A stretch of DNA of 63,978 nt, counting the filler, from Olpidium bornovanus S191 (taxonomy: Eukaryota; Fungi; Olpidiomycota): NCBI GenBank assembly GCA_017911155.1. It is 28 parts of 28 records of this genome, joined end to end, with 100 filler letters (N's around TTAATTAATTAA, not from the genome) between each part and the next. Parts side by side here need not be neighbours in the genome. Positions count along the whole stretch, not along the records: positions 1 to 1,085 come from JAEFCI010012363.1; positions 1,186 to 2,210 come from JAEFCI010010096.1; positions 2,311 to 3,576 come from JAEFCI010007073.1; positions 3,677 to 6,643 come from JAEFCI010001908.1; positions 6,744 to 8,902 come from JAEFCI010002440.1; positions 9,003 to 10,313 come from JAEFCI010008796.1; positions 10,414 to 13,642 come from JAEFCI010002903.1; 21 more parts are not named here. One strand, written 5' to 3'. The number at the start of each line of letters is the position of its first letter. Positions within the stretch are counted from its first letter, which is position 1. The translations under genes were made by a program, and so were the position numbers. The notes under the pieces were generated by a model. That model worked only from the letters and a program-made list of their open reading frames with translations. It ran no database searches and was not told the origin of the DNA. Below are positions 1 through 11,238 of the stretch, in pieces.

Positions 1-289
1 CATGGAAAGGAGCACGTAATTTTAAGCAGATAGCTTCTGGCGCGATGTTTCGCGGTACGAACGTACGACATACCTTATTATTTCATATTCTCTTGGATCC
101 ACTGGCGGTGGAGTCAAGCTTGGAGTTCTGGAAAAAGACCGCAACGTCCGGTTTGGCTTTGTAGATTTTGTCGGTTTGACCGGAGAATCGCCGTCACTGA
201 GAAAGTCTCGTCTTTGTCAGGCTGCGGTTTTTACTTGAAAAAAGTGAAACGGGGGAGAACAAGAGAGGCACATACGTCTCAGAGTTTTC

Positions 290-948
290 GCTACTAATAG
301 ACAAAACCTCGTCCGGGCCATCGGCCGTGTATCCGTTTCCAGTTTGGTTTCGCCGCCCACCGGATTTAGACATGCTGTCTTCGCGCCGCCGTTTTTTCGT
401 GGGTTGGCCCGACTTCGTTTTCGGCTCGCTTGGAACGAGACCAGCAAGATCCGGAGCCCGCGAAACCCGGACCCTGGCTAGCGTGACAGCAGTCGCGGTA
501 AACAGTCGTCAGCGACCCCCTTCATTGCCTTTGGGATTGGCCTCCAAGCACACCCAGCAAAGTTCTGCAGTCTTGCGTGTCGTGTGTTACGATCAGCGGG
601 CTCGTCGTCCGCACCCGTTTCCCACCGGCTCTCCCGATTCGCATTCGGTCGTTTGTGGTGGCGCAGCCGCTACCTACAATCGATGAGTGCCTGCAGCCTT
701 TGAGCCTGCCTTGAAGTCCGTGCCCTGGTGAAAAAGCTGTCTTCGTCGACGTCCTCGTCGTCGTTATGCCGGGGCACCGAGAAGGGTTCGCGTCCGGTCC
801 CCCTTTTCCCCTTGCCGCACCGTGCGCCGTCCTGCAACCTGGCGTGCTTTCTCCGTTTCGGCGCCGGCTGGGGCGCCCTCACGATTTCGTCCTCGGACGG
901 AGAGAGGTTGCGCCCCTCCACGTCGGCATTTTGGCTGGTGTCTGACAT
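290..948 (-). CDS. 5' part of a spliced hypothetical protein (acidic, low-complexity N-terminus; weak resemblance to Esc2/Rad60 N-termini)
   Basis: ORF MSDTSQNADVEG...PAPKRRK...DDEDVDEDSFFTRAR, then a probable intron and an exon reading ...GPDEVLSISSENSE before a GTATGT donor. The family assignment is only a weak motif impression. Confidence 0.4.
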
Positions 949-1048
949 TCTGGGCGACAGGGCAGAGCGGGTTGTCTCGCGCGCTCCGCGCTTTGATTCC
1001 GTCTTGCTTGGGATTTATTTCAGGTAACCGGAGTAAAAAACAAGAGGG

Positions 1049-1082
<34 letters not shown>

Positions 1083-1085
1083 AAA

Positions 1086-1185
1086 NNNNNNNNNNNNNNN
1101 NNNNNNNNNNNNNNNNNNNNNNNNNNNNNTTAATTAATTAANNNNNNNNNNNNNNNNNNNNNNNNNNNNNNNNNNNNNNNNNNNN
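1086..1185. other. Artificial contig-joining linker (first of 27; the others start at 2211, 3577, 6644, 8903, 10314, 13643, 15964, 17397, 19130, 21160, 22431, 25835, 27399, 31109, 33598, 35698, 37235, 40776, 44591, 47878, 50680, 53593, 56128, 58253, 60032, 62650)
   Basis: Identical 44N-TTAATTAATTAA-44N cassette, which has stops in all six frames. Genes are cut mid-exon at these points. Confidence 0.99.
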
Positions 1186-2136
1186 AACACTCCGGCCATT
1201 ATCTGCTCGGCAACCGCAGCAAGAACGTCGGAAGGCAGTGACGCCAGTAGACCCAGCGCCTTAAACACTTCCGCGACCATCTCTTCCTGCACCGCGCAGT
1301 CATGAGCTTCACAATCGCGAACCAACCTTCCGTTCGGAGAAGCACCCGTCTGCACCAATGAGTCACCTTTCGAGCCAACTGGATGCATAATCGCAGCAAA
1401 CCGACAGCGGCGCGCTCCGTCAAAAGGATGCTAAATCTGCTCGCATTCGACAGAATCTGCGACAGGTGATCAAAGACGATGGGCCTGCAACGGTACAAAA
1501 CGACGCCAGTCAGCAACAACACAGAACACGCTGAAAAAGTGACACTTCGTTTCGGTTTTTCCGCCCAGACCATAGAAGCAGGATTTGGTCCCCGCTGTTG
1601 ATTGCAAGATTGACCATCAATTCAAAGAAGAACACGACGGAGGCGTCATACGGGACGGTCTCCGCCGATTTGAGTTCGGAGTTTTGGACCAGCGCCGACG
1701 TCGAGACGTCGCCGGCTGCATGCATGAAGTGCTGTAACGATTTTTCTTCCAGGAACCTGGCATTTGCCCCCAGGCTTCCGGTCAGAACGCGGACGCGGGG
1801 GCCAAGACGCTAGGACGATGTTGTCGAATCCTTCCTCCCCCACCTGATATCGGAAAGAAACTCGTCCACTTTGCACGCGGTCACGCACTCAATGGCGACC
1901 TTTGCCATATTCACCTCCTCTTCTTTCGGTTCTTCTCTTGCAGATTCAAAGGAGTAGGGGCTGAGGAGGTACGATGACAGCGCCGAAAGCAGGCTTCCGT
2001 CTCTTCGTTCGGGCTTGAGAGACACCGGTTTTGGGCCACGAGGGATCGGGACAGTGCCGTTCAGGAAATCCTCGACTTGCCGCATCGAATTCGGCAGCAG
2101 AGAATGGGTGAACAGGTTGCGGACGATCTCCAGAAG
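1186..2136 (-). CDS. GBF1: GBF1/Gea1-Gea2 family Sec7 ARF-GEF, internal HDS-region fragment (4 exons: 2136-1844, 1756-1571, 1484-1367, 1286-1186)
   Basis: Spliced translation gives LLEIVRNLFTHSLLP, SLLSALSSYL, EPKEEEVNMAKVAIECVTACKVDEFLSDIRFLEEKSLQHFM, LAINSGDQILLLWPIVFDHL and LLTERAAVGLLRLC, all typical of GBF1/Gea. Introns are GT-AG and in phase. Confidence 0.8.
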
Positions 2137-2663
2137 CTAAGATAACCCCCCCCCCCCCCCCCCCCGGAAAAAAAGGGTTTTTTAAGGGGCCCCCAAAAAA
2201 AGGGAAAAAANNNNNNNNNNNNNNNNNNNNNNNNNNNNNNNNNNNNNNNNNNNNTTAATTAATTAANNNNNNNNNNNNNNNNNNNNNNNNNNNNNNNNNN
2301 NNNNNNNNNNGCATGGCTGGTAATCACAGTCGCATTCACCGACCATAACTACTGATTTGAAACACGTAGGAACACCAGGGGAACGGGCCAGCCAGATAAC
2401 CACCTTTCCCTTCGCAAACTGAACGCCGCCTCCCACAGGCGTACATCGCTCTATATAGAAGCAAGCAACTACGTGCAGAATGGTGCGCAAGTCGCAACCA
2501 ACTAATCAAAAAAGAAGCAGTCCGCGCGGGACGCTGCTCGCGGCCGGGCTCACAAAATTGGCTGGCCGCCGACGGGCTACATAATCTACAAATACGGCGC
2601 ATAATATCGCCGCGTCTGACGTAAAACAAAAAAAAAAATTGGTGCGCCGCAGGTTGCAACAAA

Positions 2664-3185
2664 TCAGGAATCGTCGAACCTCGCGCGTTTTTGGGGTAGC
2701 CCCTCAGACTCGCCGGGCAGCGAAATTTCGAGTTTGCCTAGGACGTCTTCGGCGGCAACCGCCTCAACTTCCGGCTTGGTCGGCTTTTTGCGGCTGCTGC
2801 CAAGGACTCTGCCGAGGTAGCTGACGTCGCAGTTCGCCACACGGGGCGGCGCCCTTGGCCGTCCAGACGTCGTACACGGGGCTGCGGTTGTCTCAGGCGG
2901 CCTTCTGTGTGGTTTCCTGCAGCCGGTTCTTGGGGTGCTGCGCCCGCTTGCCGGACGGGCCGGTCCCATCCGGGTAGTTCGCGGGGCTGACCTCCCCGAG
3001 CAACCGGAGAAGGTAAGCCCGCACGGCGACGGGGCTGCGGCTCACGTCGACGTAGAACGCGCCGACGAAAGCCTTGAAAGCGTCCGCCCTCGAGGCGGAG
3101 CGCGTCCTAGGGGCTCAGCTCGGACTCCGCGACGGCGAGCGGGCGACAGGACCCTGAGCAGCTCGTTCAGGTTCACGTGCCGGCG
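2664..3185 (-). pseudogene. Disrupted RNase III (C-terminal half) plus dsRBD gene
   Basis: ADAFKAFVGAFYVD (3087-3046) matches the RNase III motif AD.FEA..GA.Y.D. It is followed by HPKNRLQETTQKAA*DNRSPVYDV and, after a frameshift near 2843, VANCDVSYLGRVLGSSRKKPTKPEVEAVAAEDVLGKL, a dsRBD pattern. There is an in-frame TGA at 2895-2893 and further frameshifts upstream. Confidence 0.65.
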
Positions 3186-3699
3186 GGGGAGTGGGTGTGC
3201 GTGCGCGTGCGCGGGCGCGGATTCTCCTTCTCACCCGCTCTTCCCCCCCGTTATCCCCCCCCCTTCCGTGCGGGCGAGCGGGCTCTGGCCCGGAGGGAAA
3301 ATTGCGCCCGGGAGGGAAAGAAAGGGCGGAGGGGGGGAGGGCGCAATCGGGAAGCAGCCGGCTCACGTGACACGAACGAGAGAATAAGATCGCTCGCTGG
3401 CACTCCCGCGGCTCTTCCTTTTATTTTTTGTTCGCCTCTGCTGTCGGGTATGTCAGCATGTTGCTCCGACCGAATGCCGCAATCGGAGGCTGTCGCCTGC
3501 GGACGGGGAAACACAGCGGCTTGCTGTGCGCCGCATCTCCGAGGAGAGCGACCCTGACCAGAAAAAAAGGGAAAACNNNNNNNNNNNNNNNNNNNNNNNN
3601 NNNNNNNNNNNNNNNNNNNNTTAATTAATTAANNNNNNNNNNNNNNNNNNNNNNNNNNNNNNNNNNNNNNNNNNNNCATGTCAGGTAGCTTATTTAGCA

Positions 3700-5479
3700 T
3701 CAAGTCCAGGTCGCGGGCGCTGTTTTCGTGTGACCGGAAGGCGGCCACGGCTTTTCGCAATAAATCGCTGGCAGCCTAAAGACAAATGAGTACCCGACCG
3801 GATAACGAACTGTGCGATTCTTCGGAGATCGCAGGCCCCGCCGTACCATTGCCTCACTGAAGTTCCGATCATTCTGCTCCTTTATCTCTTGTAAGCTCCG
3901 CTCGTACCTTGACAAAGCAACGACCGCGACAACCGTCAGTAGAGCGGTACAATGAGAAGCCTGGGCACTAGTGTGCGTGCGAGGTCGAATTTTCATGTTC
4001 CGCCTTGCCAAAGTCATGTCACCCCTTGCGGCAAGCCAGTCCATCACGGAGACATCAAATGGAACCTCTGGCGAGGGCGGCGCGTTCTCTTTTCCGCCGC
4101 TCATAAAACTGAAAATAGGAAGGTTGATCTCGGGTAGCAAAAACCTGGGACGTCCAGCGCGGATAGTGCGCGAGCGGGAAAATCCAAGCGAGTCAATAAC
4201 TTCCAACGCGTTTCGCCAAGGCGACACAAAAGAAGACTCGGCTCTACGGCACGCACACCTGCGACTGGCTTCCGCGTTGTCACGCAGCAGGACGCTCCAC
4301 GCTCGTACTTCGGGCTTCAACGCGCCAAGTCTTACTGGCACGGGGATCGTCTTTCTGTAAGCGACCGATCTTTTCGGTTTCTGGGCACACCTGAACTTCC
4401 TGGCCACAACCCCCACCTCACACGCCCACCTGGCAAGCAACGCGCTGTCGCATCCGGACTCGTCCGCTCTAGACAGCGAAGCGTGCCCGCTTCTGCGAGC
4501 CTGTCCGTCCGAGACCAGCGTGACCCGCTCATCCTTCGGGTGTCCAAGGGTGGACGCGCACGACTTCAGGGTGCTGAGGACAGTGGCTGCCCTGTTCGCG
4601 TAGCTTGGCGGCGTGTACACTGCAGAACTGCTCGAAGGTCACGCGGGCCCGCTTTCTACGTTAGGCTACGGGTCCAGAGGCGGTGCATCCTGGTATCACC
4701 ACAGTTTGCTGTCTGCCTTTTCCCTTCCTTGCAGAGGTTTGCCCGCACCTCCGATCTACACCGGCCTGCGAAAGGTCAAAGGTTGCTGCTCCTGCGGCCG
4801 CGTCCATGCCACCAGCGGTCGCGGCTTTCGTCGCCGCAGAGGTGCCATCGCCTTTCCCTCCCAAGATGTCGTCAAGGACGCCCCGCCGCACGCGCGCAGG
4901 GTGCGGCGCCGCGCACTGCGGCGGGCAGTCGGCCTGTCGGCCGTCTTCGCCGCGGCGGCAGTCGTTTTCGGCCGCTTCGGTCGATGGCTCTCCACCCGCC
5001 GAAGCCGCGGGCGGGGGGCCGGGGCCGGCGTCGGGCGCGTCGCTCGCAGGAGGAAGGGGGCAGGCGGCGGGGTCGGCCGCGGGCGCGCCCGGCAGCAGCG
5101 AATGCAAGCGGCGGAACATGGATTTGGAGGGCGAGGCGTCTGCTTCAGCGGGGTCGCCGGCCGGGGGCAGGGCAGGGGCGGGGGGAGGGGGCGAGGGCGG
5201 AGGCGGGGTCCGCAAAGCGACTAGAGGGGAGGGGCGGTTGTGCGCATTTCCACCCTCCGAAAAAAAAAAAAAAAAAAAAGGAAAAAAAATCCCCGCTCTC
5301 TGTGAAAAACCGCGGCAGAAAAACAACAGCGCGGAGCAGAGAAACAAAGTCTGCTCTTTCGGAGCTTCCCCCTTCTTCGACCCCTTCAAACAACTGGGTC
5401 GTGAGAGAAAGAGGTCAAAAAGCCCCCCGCACTTCGACACCAACGAAGAGCCAAACCCCGCGGGAGGGAGAAGGAGCAT
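3700..5479 (-). CDS. Spliced hypothetical protein, 3'-truncated; family not recognised
   Basis: Long Pro/Ala-rich frames (4661-5530, 3700-4620) with plausible GT/AG junctions and a helical segment YERSLQEIKEQNDRNFSEAMVRRGL. Exon structure is uncertain. Confidence 0.45.
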
Positions 5480-5493
5480 GACGCCACTGTGCT

Positions 5494-5607
5494 CACGTGC
5501 TCGAGCACGACGCCACGTGCTCGACGGCACGTGGCTCCGTCCTCAGTCAACCTCGCCGCAACGTGGGAGTGATACCTCCATTTGATGACTTCCTTCAATT
5601 GACGTCA
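5494..5607. promoter_or_regulatory. Cluster of three CACGTG E-boxes (5494, 5514, 5528) and a TGACGTCA CRE site (5600) upstream of the minus-strand ORF
   Basis: Motifs read directly from the sequence; function is inferred. Confidence 0.3.
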
Positions 5608-5717
5608 CGGGATTGACCGGGAAGTACGTAAACCGTCTCTCCGGGCTCTACTTATAAATTGGCTCCACATCAGCGAGCTTCGCTCCCTCAGACATAGCGC
5701 CAGGGTTACCCCTAATC

Positions 5718-5835
5718 TCTCTCTCCCTTTCTTTCTCTTTCTTTCTCCCTTTCTCTCTTTCTCTCTCTCTTTTTCTCTCATTCTCTCTTTCTATCTCTCT
5801 TTCTCTCTCTCTTCCTATCTCTCTCTTGTTTTCTT

Positions 5836-5868
<33 letters not shown>

Positions 5869-5890
5869 CTTTTTCTCTTTCTCTCGCTCT
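5718..5890. repeat. Degenerate (CT)n/(CTTT)n microsatellite with a poly-T run
   Basis: Near-pure pyrimidine tract. Confidence 0.85.
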
Positions 5891-6398
5891 TGCCGTTTGG
5901 AGTTTTTTTTTTTTGAAAATTTCCCCGCTCAAAAAGCTATTCCAAAATCACACCAAACCCTGGGTCCTGATCCTTGGATCCAGGTCCTTCTTGTTGAGAA
6001 TATATAAATCGAAGATTTGCACACCAAATTAATCTTATAAGGGATTTGGTAAGGCCCATGGTTGCGGAAGCGGAGCCGGAAGCATATGAGCGGAAGCGGG
6101 GAGCGGGAGGGCGGAACGGGAAGGGAAAGTGTTTGTTTTCTTGTTGTTGTGTTCGGGTGAGGGTGAAGCGCAAATTCACCTGTGGGCGCACTCCCCAAGG
6201 GGACTTTTATACCCCACCCCCGAGGAAGCCGTCCAGCCCACTGGGGCGGGCGCTTCGATGGGCGCATCGAAGCGAAGTCGTTATGGGCGCTACAGAGGGT
6301 TTAGTCTGAAGTAATTTGCAGGCATTGCAAACGGAAAGGTCATCTCGGAACGCGTTGTCCTGTCGCGACTGATGAACAAAAGAGAGGTACTCTACCTC

Positions 6399-6530
6399 TG
6401 TTAGCGTATTAGCACTTAGTAGGTAGATTTAGTGATGTGACTCTCTCATATGTAAATGGTCCAGTTAGTAAAAAAAAAAACAACGCTTTCCACAACGCGA
6501 AAACACCAAAGTCCAACAGGTTATGAGCCC
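6399..6530 (+). mobile_element. Putative Ty1/copia 5' LTR (TGTTAG...CCAACA, about 120 bp) followed by the half-tRNA-iMet primer binding site GGTTATGAGCCC (6519-6530)
   Basis: An LTR-type CAACA end directly abuts the 12-nt complement of the initiator tRNA anticodon arm. The LTR start position is inferred. Confidence 0.55.
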
Positions 6531-6801
6531 AACCTCTTGGTGAACCATCGTCTCCACCGCTTCCATATCAAACACGCCGATTTCGACGTCGTCAGAGCAC
6601 CTCCCGACGAGGGAGAACCTGCTGAAGCAAGGAGAGTAGCGGGNNNNNNNNNNNNNNNNNNNNNNNNNNNNNNNNNNNNNNNNNNNNTTAATTAATTAAN
6701 NNNNNNNNNNNNNNNNNNNNNNNNNNNNNNNNNNNNNNNNNNNCATGATTAGCCTTTTCCAACGACAATTGCGGGTAGCTGTAGGTTTACCGCAGCACTC
6801 A

Positions 6802-7921
6802 CTTGAGACCCGGTCATATCGATAATGTTCAGCGTGGGCTGCACACTAATCGCTTCGGAGATGACCTCCTCTGCGGTCTTGTAGACAACTCCACCCTTAC
6901 GAGGACCCCTCCTATGCCGGACATTGCCCGTCGGGGGTCCGACAGCAAGGTTATCTTCCTCCAGTTCTGGCGTGAGTTGTCCCGCCTTTCTCCTCTCTTC
7001 GTCTACCTCATTTTTCGACTTTTCCTTATAATTTCGATACGCAATGCCCATCTTCGTCGGCCGCTGCTTGGACTGGATTGGGTTAACGATTCCTTCCTTG
7101 TTGGTGCCGAGCCCTTGGCCAATTTTATACCCCATCTTTTCCATCATTTTCAGACCGAAACCTTTCGTGTGCTTCTGCCAATCCGCAAAGTTCTTGTCGA
7201 CTTTGACTGGTGTAGGTGTCCTTGGTGGATCGGGTACCGCCAACGAGGATTGCAACCGCCGTCGTTGAGACGCGGAGGCAAAAGCAGTCGGCGTGCCGTA
7301 CGGGGCGGAAGAGGCGCCATCGCCGGCGCTTCTCCCGTCAGCAGACGCTGTGGGCGAGCCAAGACCAGCTCGCTCGCTGCCCTCCTCTTCGGCGGACGCC
7401 TCGCTGTCCTCACTTGGGACCCGCTTTTCTTTTTCGCCGCCAACTTGAGACTTGACAAAAGTCACCTCTCTGCAGAAAAAGTGCGGGTAAGGGCAAGAAG
7501 ATGTTGTGCGTCGACGGGCGATACCAAGCGGCGAACTCGGCTTTCGCAAGCGTCCAGCAACAAGCGAATTCGCGGGCGGTGCGCGTTTCGCACACAGGCG
7601 TAGGAGCGAAGGGGACTTTACTCACCCATGGTGCACCTTCATGGACAACTCGCGTCGACTTTCCGCGCCGTCGCTATCGCTGTCGGCCCAGACGCCGTAG
7701 ATCGTCTGGTCCTTCGTTTGTCTTCTCCTCTTCCTCCTGGACTCGGGATCTACACGGATCGCGCGGGCAGAGAACCGCGCGCGGGACAAGGCCAGAAACC
7801 GGCCAAGCGCACGGGAGTGTCATTCTTTTTTATTCAGCCTGTCCGAACAACGAGAAGCGCCGCGACTCGGAGTCTCGCCCGCGGCCGGCGCGGGAAAAAC
7901 TCGGCGTTCCCCCCCCCCCGC

Positions 7922-7952
<31 letters not shown>

Positions 7953-8163
7953 CCGCCTGCGGTCTTGTCTGGTGCCTTGTTCTTTTTTTTTTTTTTGCCG
8001 GGGGAAGTTTTTCCTCACCGTTGAAGAACTCGGCCTCCTCCAGCAGGTCCGCGTGGAGCGCTCCTCCCCGGCCCGTCCTCAGCAGGTGCGCCTCCTCCTC
8101 GGCGTCCTCCTCGGCCGAGGAGTCGACGTCGTCGTCCTCGGGCCGCCTGCGTCTCCGTCCCAT
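6802..8163 (-). CDS. TFIP11: TFIP11/Ntr1/Spp382 G-patch spliceosome disassembly factor, 5' part
   Basis: TIP_N motif RRQTKDQTIYGVWADSD and G-patch WQKHTKGFGLKMMEKMGYKIGQGLGTNKEGIVNPI. ATG at 8163, canonical introns. Confidence 0.92.
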
Positions 8164-9345
8164 TAAAGCCGCGGTGTGCAGAGGGCGCTGCGTGCGGTTG
8201 CCGGTGGCCGGGCGGGCGGTCGCTGCGCAGCGAAAACGGATCCGGCTTGGTGGGGGAAATTTGCACGCCAGGAGGGAGAAACAGAAAAGAAAAAAAAAAA
8301 AACTCAAAAAATGTCCGGGAAGCATGCAGCCGGCTGTTTCGGATGCAGGACTGATGCCAAGTACACGGAAAGATCGCGATCCATCCCACCGTCGGCAGAA
8401 GTGCGCAGATATCGTAGCTATGGCTACGCGGCCTCCCGGGAAGGGGAATGCGGGAATTATACGAGGCCCAGGCTAATTGCTTCCCCGCCCTGGCTAAGTG
8501 AGCCCCCCCGACGGCGTGCCAGTAATTAGATTACATATGTTAATATCTAGCATACATATACATATGAATCGGTTGGTGAAAATTAGGCATTGATTTGTGT
8601 TAGATGCCGTGGTTGGCCTCGGAACGACGGAAAGATGGTTTCGGGGCGATGTCGGAGGGAGGTTTTGTGTTTTTTTTGTGGTAAAACGGAGAGAAGAATC
8701 GCGAGTTCCCCAGTGAGCCGGCAACCAGGGCGCTCCTTTATAGGAAGGCCACTGGTCGGTTCCCAGCCGTCCTGGGCCGACATTGTCATCAATAGGCGGC
8801 GACTGCGAACCCAAGCCGCCGGGATGACGACTCGGAGTCGTTTGGTGGCTCGTAGAGTCGTTGTCGAGTCAGTGGGGAGTCGTCGTTCGTCGCAGAGGCA
8901 TGNNNNNNNNNNNNNNNNNNNNNNNNNNNNNNNNNNNNNNNNNNNNTTAATTAATTAANNNNNNNNNNNNNNNNNNNNNNNNNNNNNNNNNNNNNNNNNN
9001 NNCATGATGACAGTAGGGCTCACAGCAGATCAATCGTTCCTAAGGATCGCCAGCTGTACATTTATTACTTCACAGCTGAGGGATGGAAGAGTGCGTCCAC
9101 CACGAGCAATTTACTTTAAGGATGCCTGATTTCTTGCCGCTTCAGCAAGTGAAACGTTCGGGCAAATGCGGCGCGGCCCGTCTGTGCGCGACATCTCAAA
9201 TCTTGAGCATTAACAATGCCGACAGCCCCACAACCTCTTTGTTTTCTTCATCTGCGTCGACTACGTGTAACCAGGTGCAAAGCAAGTTGACCCCGGCCCC
9301 CTTAGGCTCAGGCCCGTCCGAGGTTGCAGCACCCGGCTGGGCGAT

Positions 9346-9375
9346 TAACCCCGGGTAACCCCGGGTAACCCCGGA
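9346..9375. repeat. Three tandem copies of TAACCCCGGG
   Basis: taaccccggg taaccccggg taaccccgga read directly. Confidence 0.85.
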
Positions 9376-11238
9376 GAGATGTTCGTTTCACGACACGCGC
9401 ACCACGACCGCACTGTTTGCCACGCTGGACGCCGCACTGTGGTGCCCATATAACGTGACCCGTAGCACGCATGAGATCCCACATGCTGTGGGGCCCATAA
9501 CTTGTGCGCCCAGCCTAAACACGACAGTTGCGGTCCGTCAAAGCACGGCCCGACGTCCGCGACGCGCCCTTGACTCGGATGCCAGTCTCGTAGAATATGT
9601 TAACGAAAAATTCTACGCGGGCCCTGCTGAATGTAGCCTTCTCTCTGTGTGACGAAGGCCCGATACTGGCAGAACTTCTCAAAAACATGCTTGATGTGCT
9701 GAGCGGCAAGTCGGCAAACGGCCGCGGCGAAATAGCAGCGAACGTAAGCTGTTCGACGGGCGAGCGGGGGCGAGCAGCGAACGTGCGCGGCGAGCGGAGA
9801 AAACTGCGTCGGCAAGAGGCAGAGACAGCGGCGGCCGAGAAGCGGCGGTGGCGACGCCGCGGCTACGGAGCACGGAAAAACCTTCCTGGCGGCCGGTTGG
9901 ATGGGGAGGTGACGGCCGCGGCGGCGCGGCAGATCGAAGTTTTGTGGCGGTGCCCCCACGGAGCCGGCATAGCTGTGCCCACCGCAAGAACGGCCGGAGC
10001 TGGTGAAAGGCGGGTAGCGATAGGGAACGCGCCGCCCGGTGGAGCCGAGGCGACGGGCAACGACGGCAGAGGCTGCGGGCGAGCAGAGCAAGGCTGTAGA
10101 AGAGAAGCGGCAATGGCGCTGAAACCGTGTCGTAGAAGGGGTTGGGTGAAAGGTTTTCCCACGGAATTCACGAGCGGAACTCCGGTTTAGAACATGAAGC
10201 GCGTTTTTCTTTTCGTGCCTTTTTTTCGCGCGCGCGCGCGCGCTCGCGCGTCGGGAGAAGGAAGGTGGGGGGGCGGAAGGGCGGGAGAGGAACGGAAATG
10301 AAAAAAAAAAACGNNNNNNNNNNNNNNNNNNNNNNNNNNNNNNNNNNNNNNNNNNNNTTAATTAATTAANNNNNNNNNNNNNNNNNNNNNNNNNNNNNNN
10401 NNNNNNNNNNNNNCACTCCTTCTCCTCTGGTAAAAACCGTCGTAGAGCCGTGTTACAAAGGGCCTGGAGTAGATAGGCCCATTGCGCCTAAAAAAAAAAA
10501 ACATTCGCTTCCGACGTCACATCCTCACCATGCTTCGCGCTTGCGTTTTGCGTACTTACCAACATTTCCCCTTGGCCCCAAAAAGCAAGAGCAAAAAATC
10601 ACCCCAACCCTATTTATCAATTTCGTGGTTTCGGCTCGCCGCAAAGCCGACTTGCTCCTCGTTAGACTACATGGCACCATCCAATTTCGATACTGCAGAA
10701 CTCACTTCGCATATGTCATGCGACTCGCATTGGCCACATTAGATTCGCGGCATCCAACTGCGTCAGCCCGTCCCCCTCCTTCCCTCCGCCAAAGTTAGAT
10801 TGCCTCGATTTTGTAGAGCCATGGCAGGTCTGCGTCGGAAGTAACTCTAATAGAAATTGTAATGGCCATAGTCAGATCTGTTTGCGACACCATATTAGCG
10901 GTGTAGGGTACACCTGTCATGGTCAACAGGAAACTGCCAGCACCTGGCATTGCAGAAGGCCGGTTCTCTGCGGCGCGACGGCCATCGACACGCAGCTGAT
11001 CCGCCTTCGGTTGCAGTTTGCGTCTGCGGCGCCGTCGGCTGACATTTCACATTGGGCGTTGGCGCCGGCCATCGATCGCGTTTACGGCGGGCGGAGGGGA
11101 AAAAGCCGCATGAGACCGGCGCCCCTCTCCCTTCCTCCCCCCGCTTCCCCCGCATTCCCAACAACCGCGCACCGCCGTTTGGCTGAGCGACGCACCCGGA
11201 GAAGTTCCGCGAACGCGGAGCCCGCACAAACGCGCGCC

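Noticed and set aside
2311-2490. Retroelement RNase H-like fragment
   Set aside because: The resemblance is too weak, with no diagnostic motif.
9003-10190. Protein-coding gene in contig 6
   Set aside because: Short coding-like patches exist (HIKHVFEKFCQYR, VEFFVNIFYETG), but I could not build a consistent spliced model or recognise a family.
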